From positions 2,137,238-2,201,237 of the forward strand of contig NC_057754.1 of assembly GCF_004010195.1 (NCBI RefSeq): a stretch of DNA of 64,000 nt, read 5' to 3'. The notes under the pieces were generated by a model. It did not search any database, was not told the origin of the DNA, and saw only the letters and a program-made list of their open reading frames with translations. Source of the stretch: Chiloscyllium plagiosum (lineage: Eukaryota). The translations under genes and the position numbers were made by a program. Shown piece after piece: positions 63,622 through 64,000 of the stretch; position 1 is the stretch's first letter; every line of letters begins with the position of its first letter.

Positions 63622-63820
63622 AGAGTCGAAACGTGTGGCTCTGGAAAATCATTGCCGGTCAGGCAGCATCCAAGGAGCAGGAGAATCGATGTTTCGGGCA
63701 TAAGCCCTTCGTCAGGAAACGTCAATTCTCCTGCTCCCTGGATGCTGACTGACCTGCCATGCTTTTCCAGCAACACACTTTTCGACTCTGATCTCCAGCA
63801 TCTGCAGTCCTCACTTTTTC
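63622..63820. mobile_element. Hairpin PLE mini-insertion (family of 3786-3972)
   Basis: Inverted arms; minus CTGACGA-A-GGGC-TTAT-GCCC-GAAAC; 12 bp TSD ctattaatctgg (63610-63621, 63821-63832). Confidence 0.88.
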
Positions 63821-64000
63821 CTATTAATCTGGGGACTCAGTTACATGTCTGGAGACCTGGGATCGAATCCTGCCATGGCGTGTGGTGGAATATGAATTCA
63901 ATAAAAATCTGAAATTTTTAAAAATCGCATCTGGTTCACTAATGTCCTTTAGAGACAGGAACGGCCATCCTGTGTGAATTGTCCAGGAACTTGTAGTGAG

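Overview
Repeat-rich eukaryotic DNA, intronic or intergenic, with no host protein-coding exon I can recognise. The repeat set (HE1-type V-SINEs, HER1/CR1 LINEs, Deu-domain SINEs) points to a cartilaginous fish, probably a shark; this is an inference from family recognition, not a database hit. Contents: (1) many CR1/HER1, L2-group and Rex1 LINE fragments and several tRNA-derived SINE families; (2) a dense set of short Penelope-like element (PLE) insertions from at least four families, many forming hairpins, several with 12-16 bp target-site duplications (TSDs), carrying minimal type I hammerhead ribozyme motifs (cleanest at 39878-39917 minus and 56253-56287 plus); (3) a 4.65 kb Gmr1-like Gypsy LTR element (52460-57109) with integrase before RT, a SCAN-like gag region, a tRNA-Pro primer-binding site and a 4 bp TSD; (4) a second, conventional Gypsy relic; (5) a probable intron-containing Harbinger Myb/SANT relic; (6) a 47 bp minisatellite (42491-43226) whose unit carries a near-perfect U1 snRNA-complementary 5' splice site. 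The ORFs I could assign in the supplied track are TE fragments; the rest look like chance ORFs. Boundaries of old repeats are approximate.
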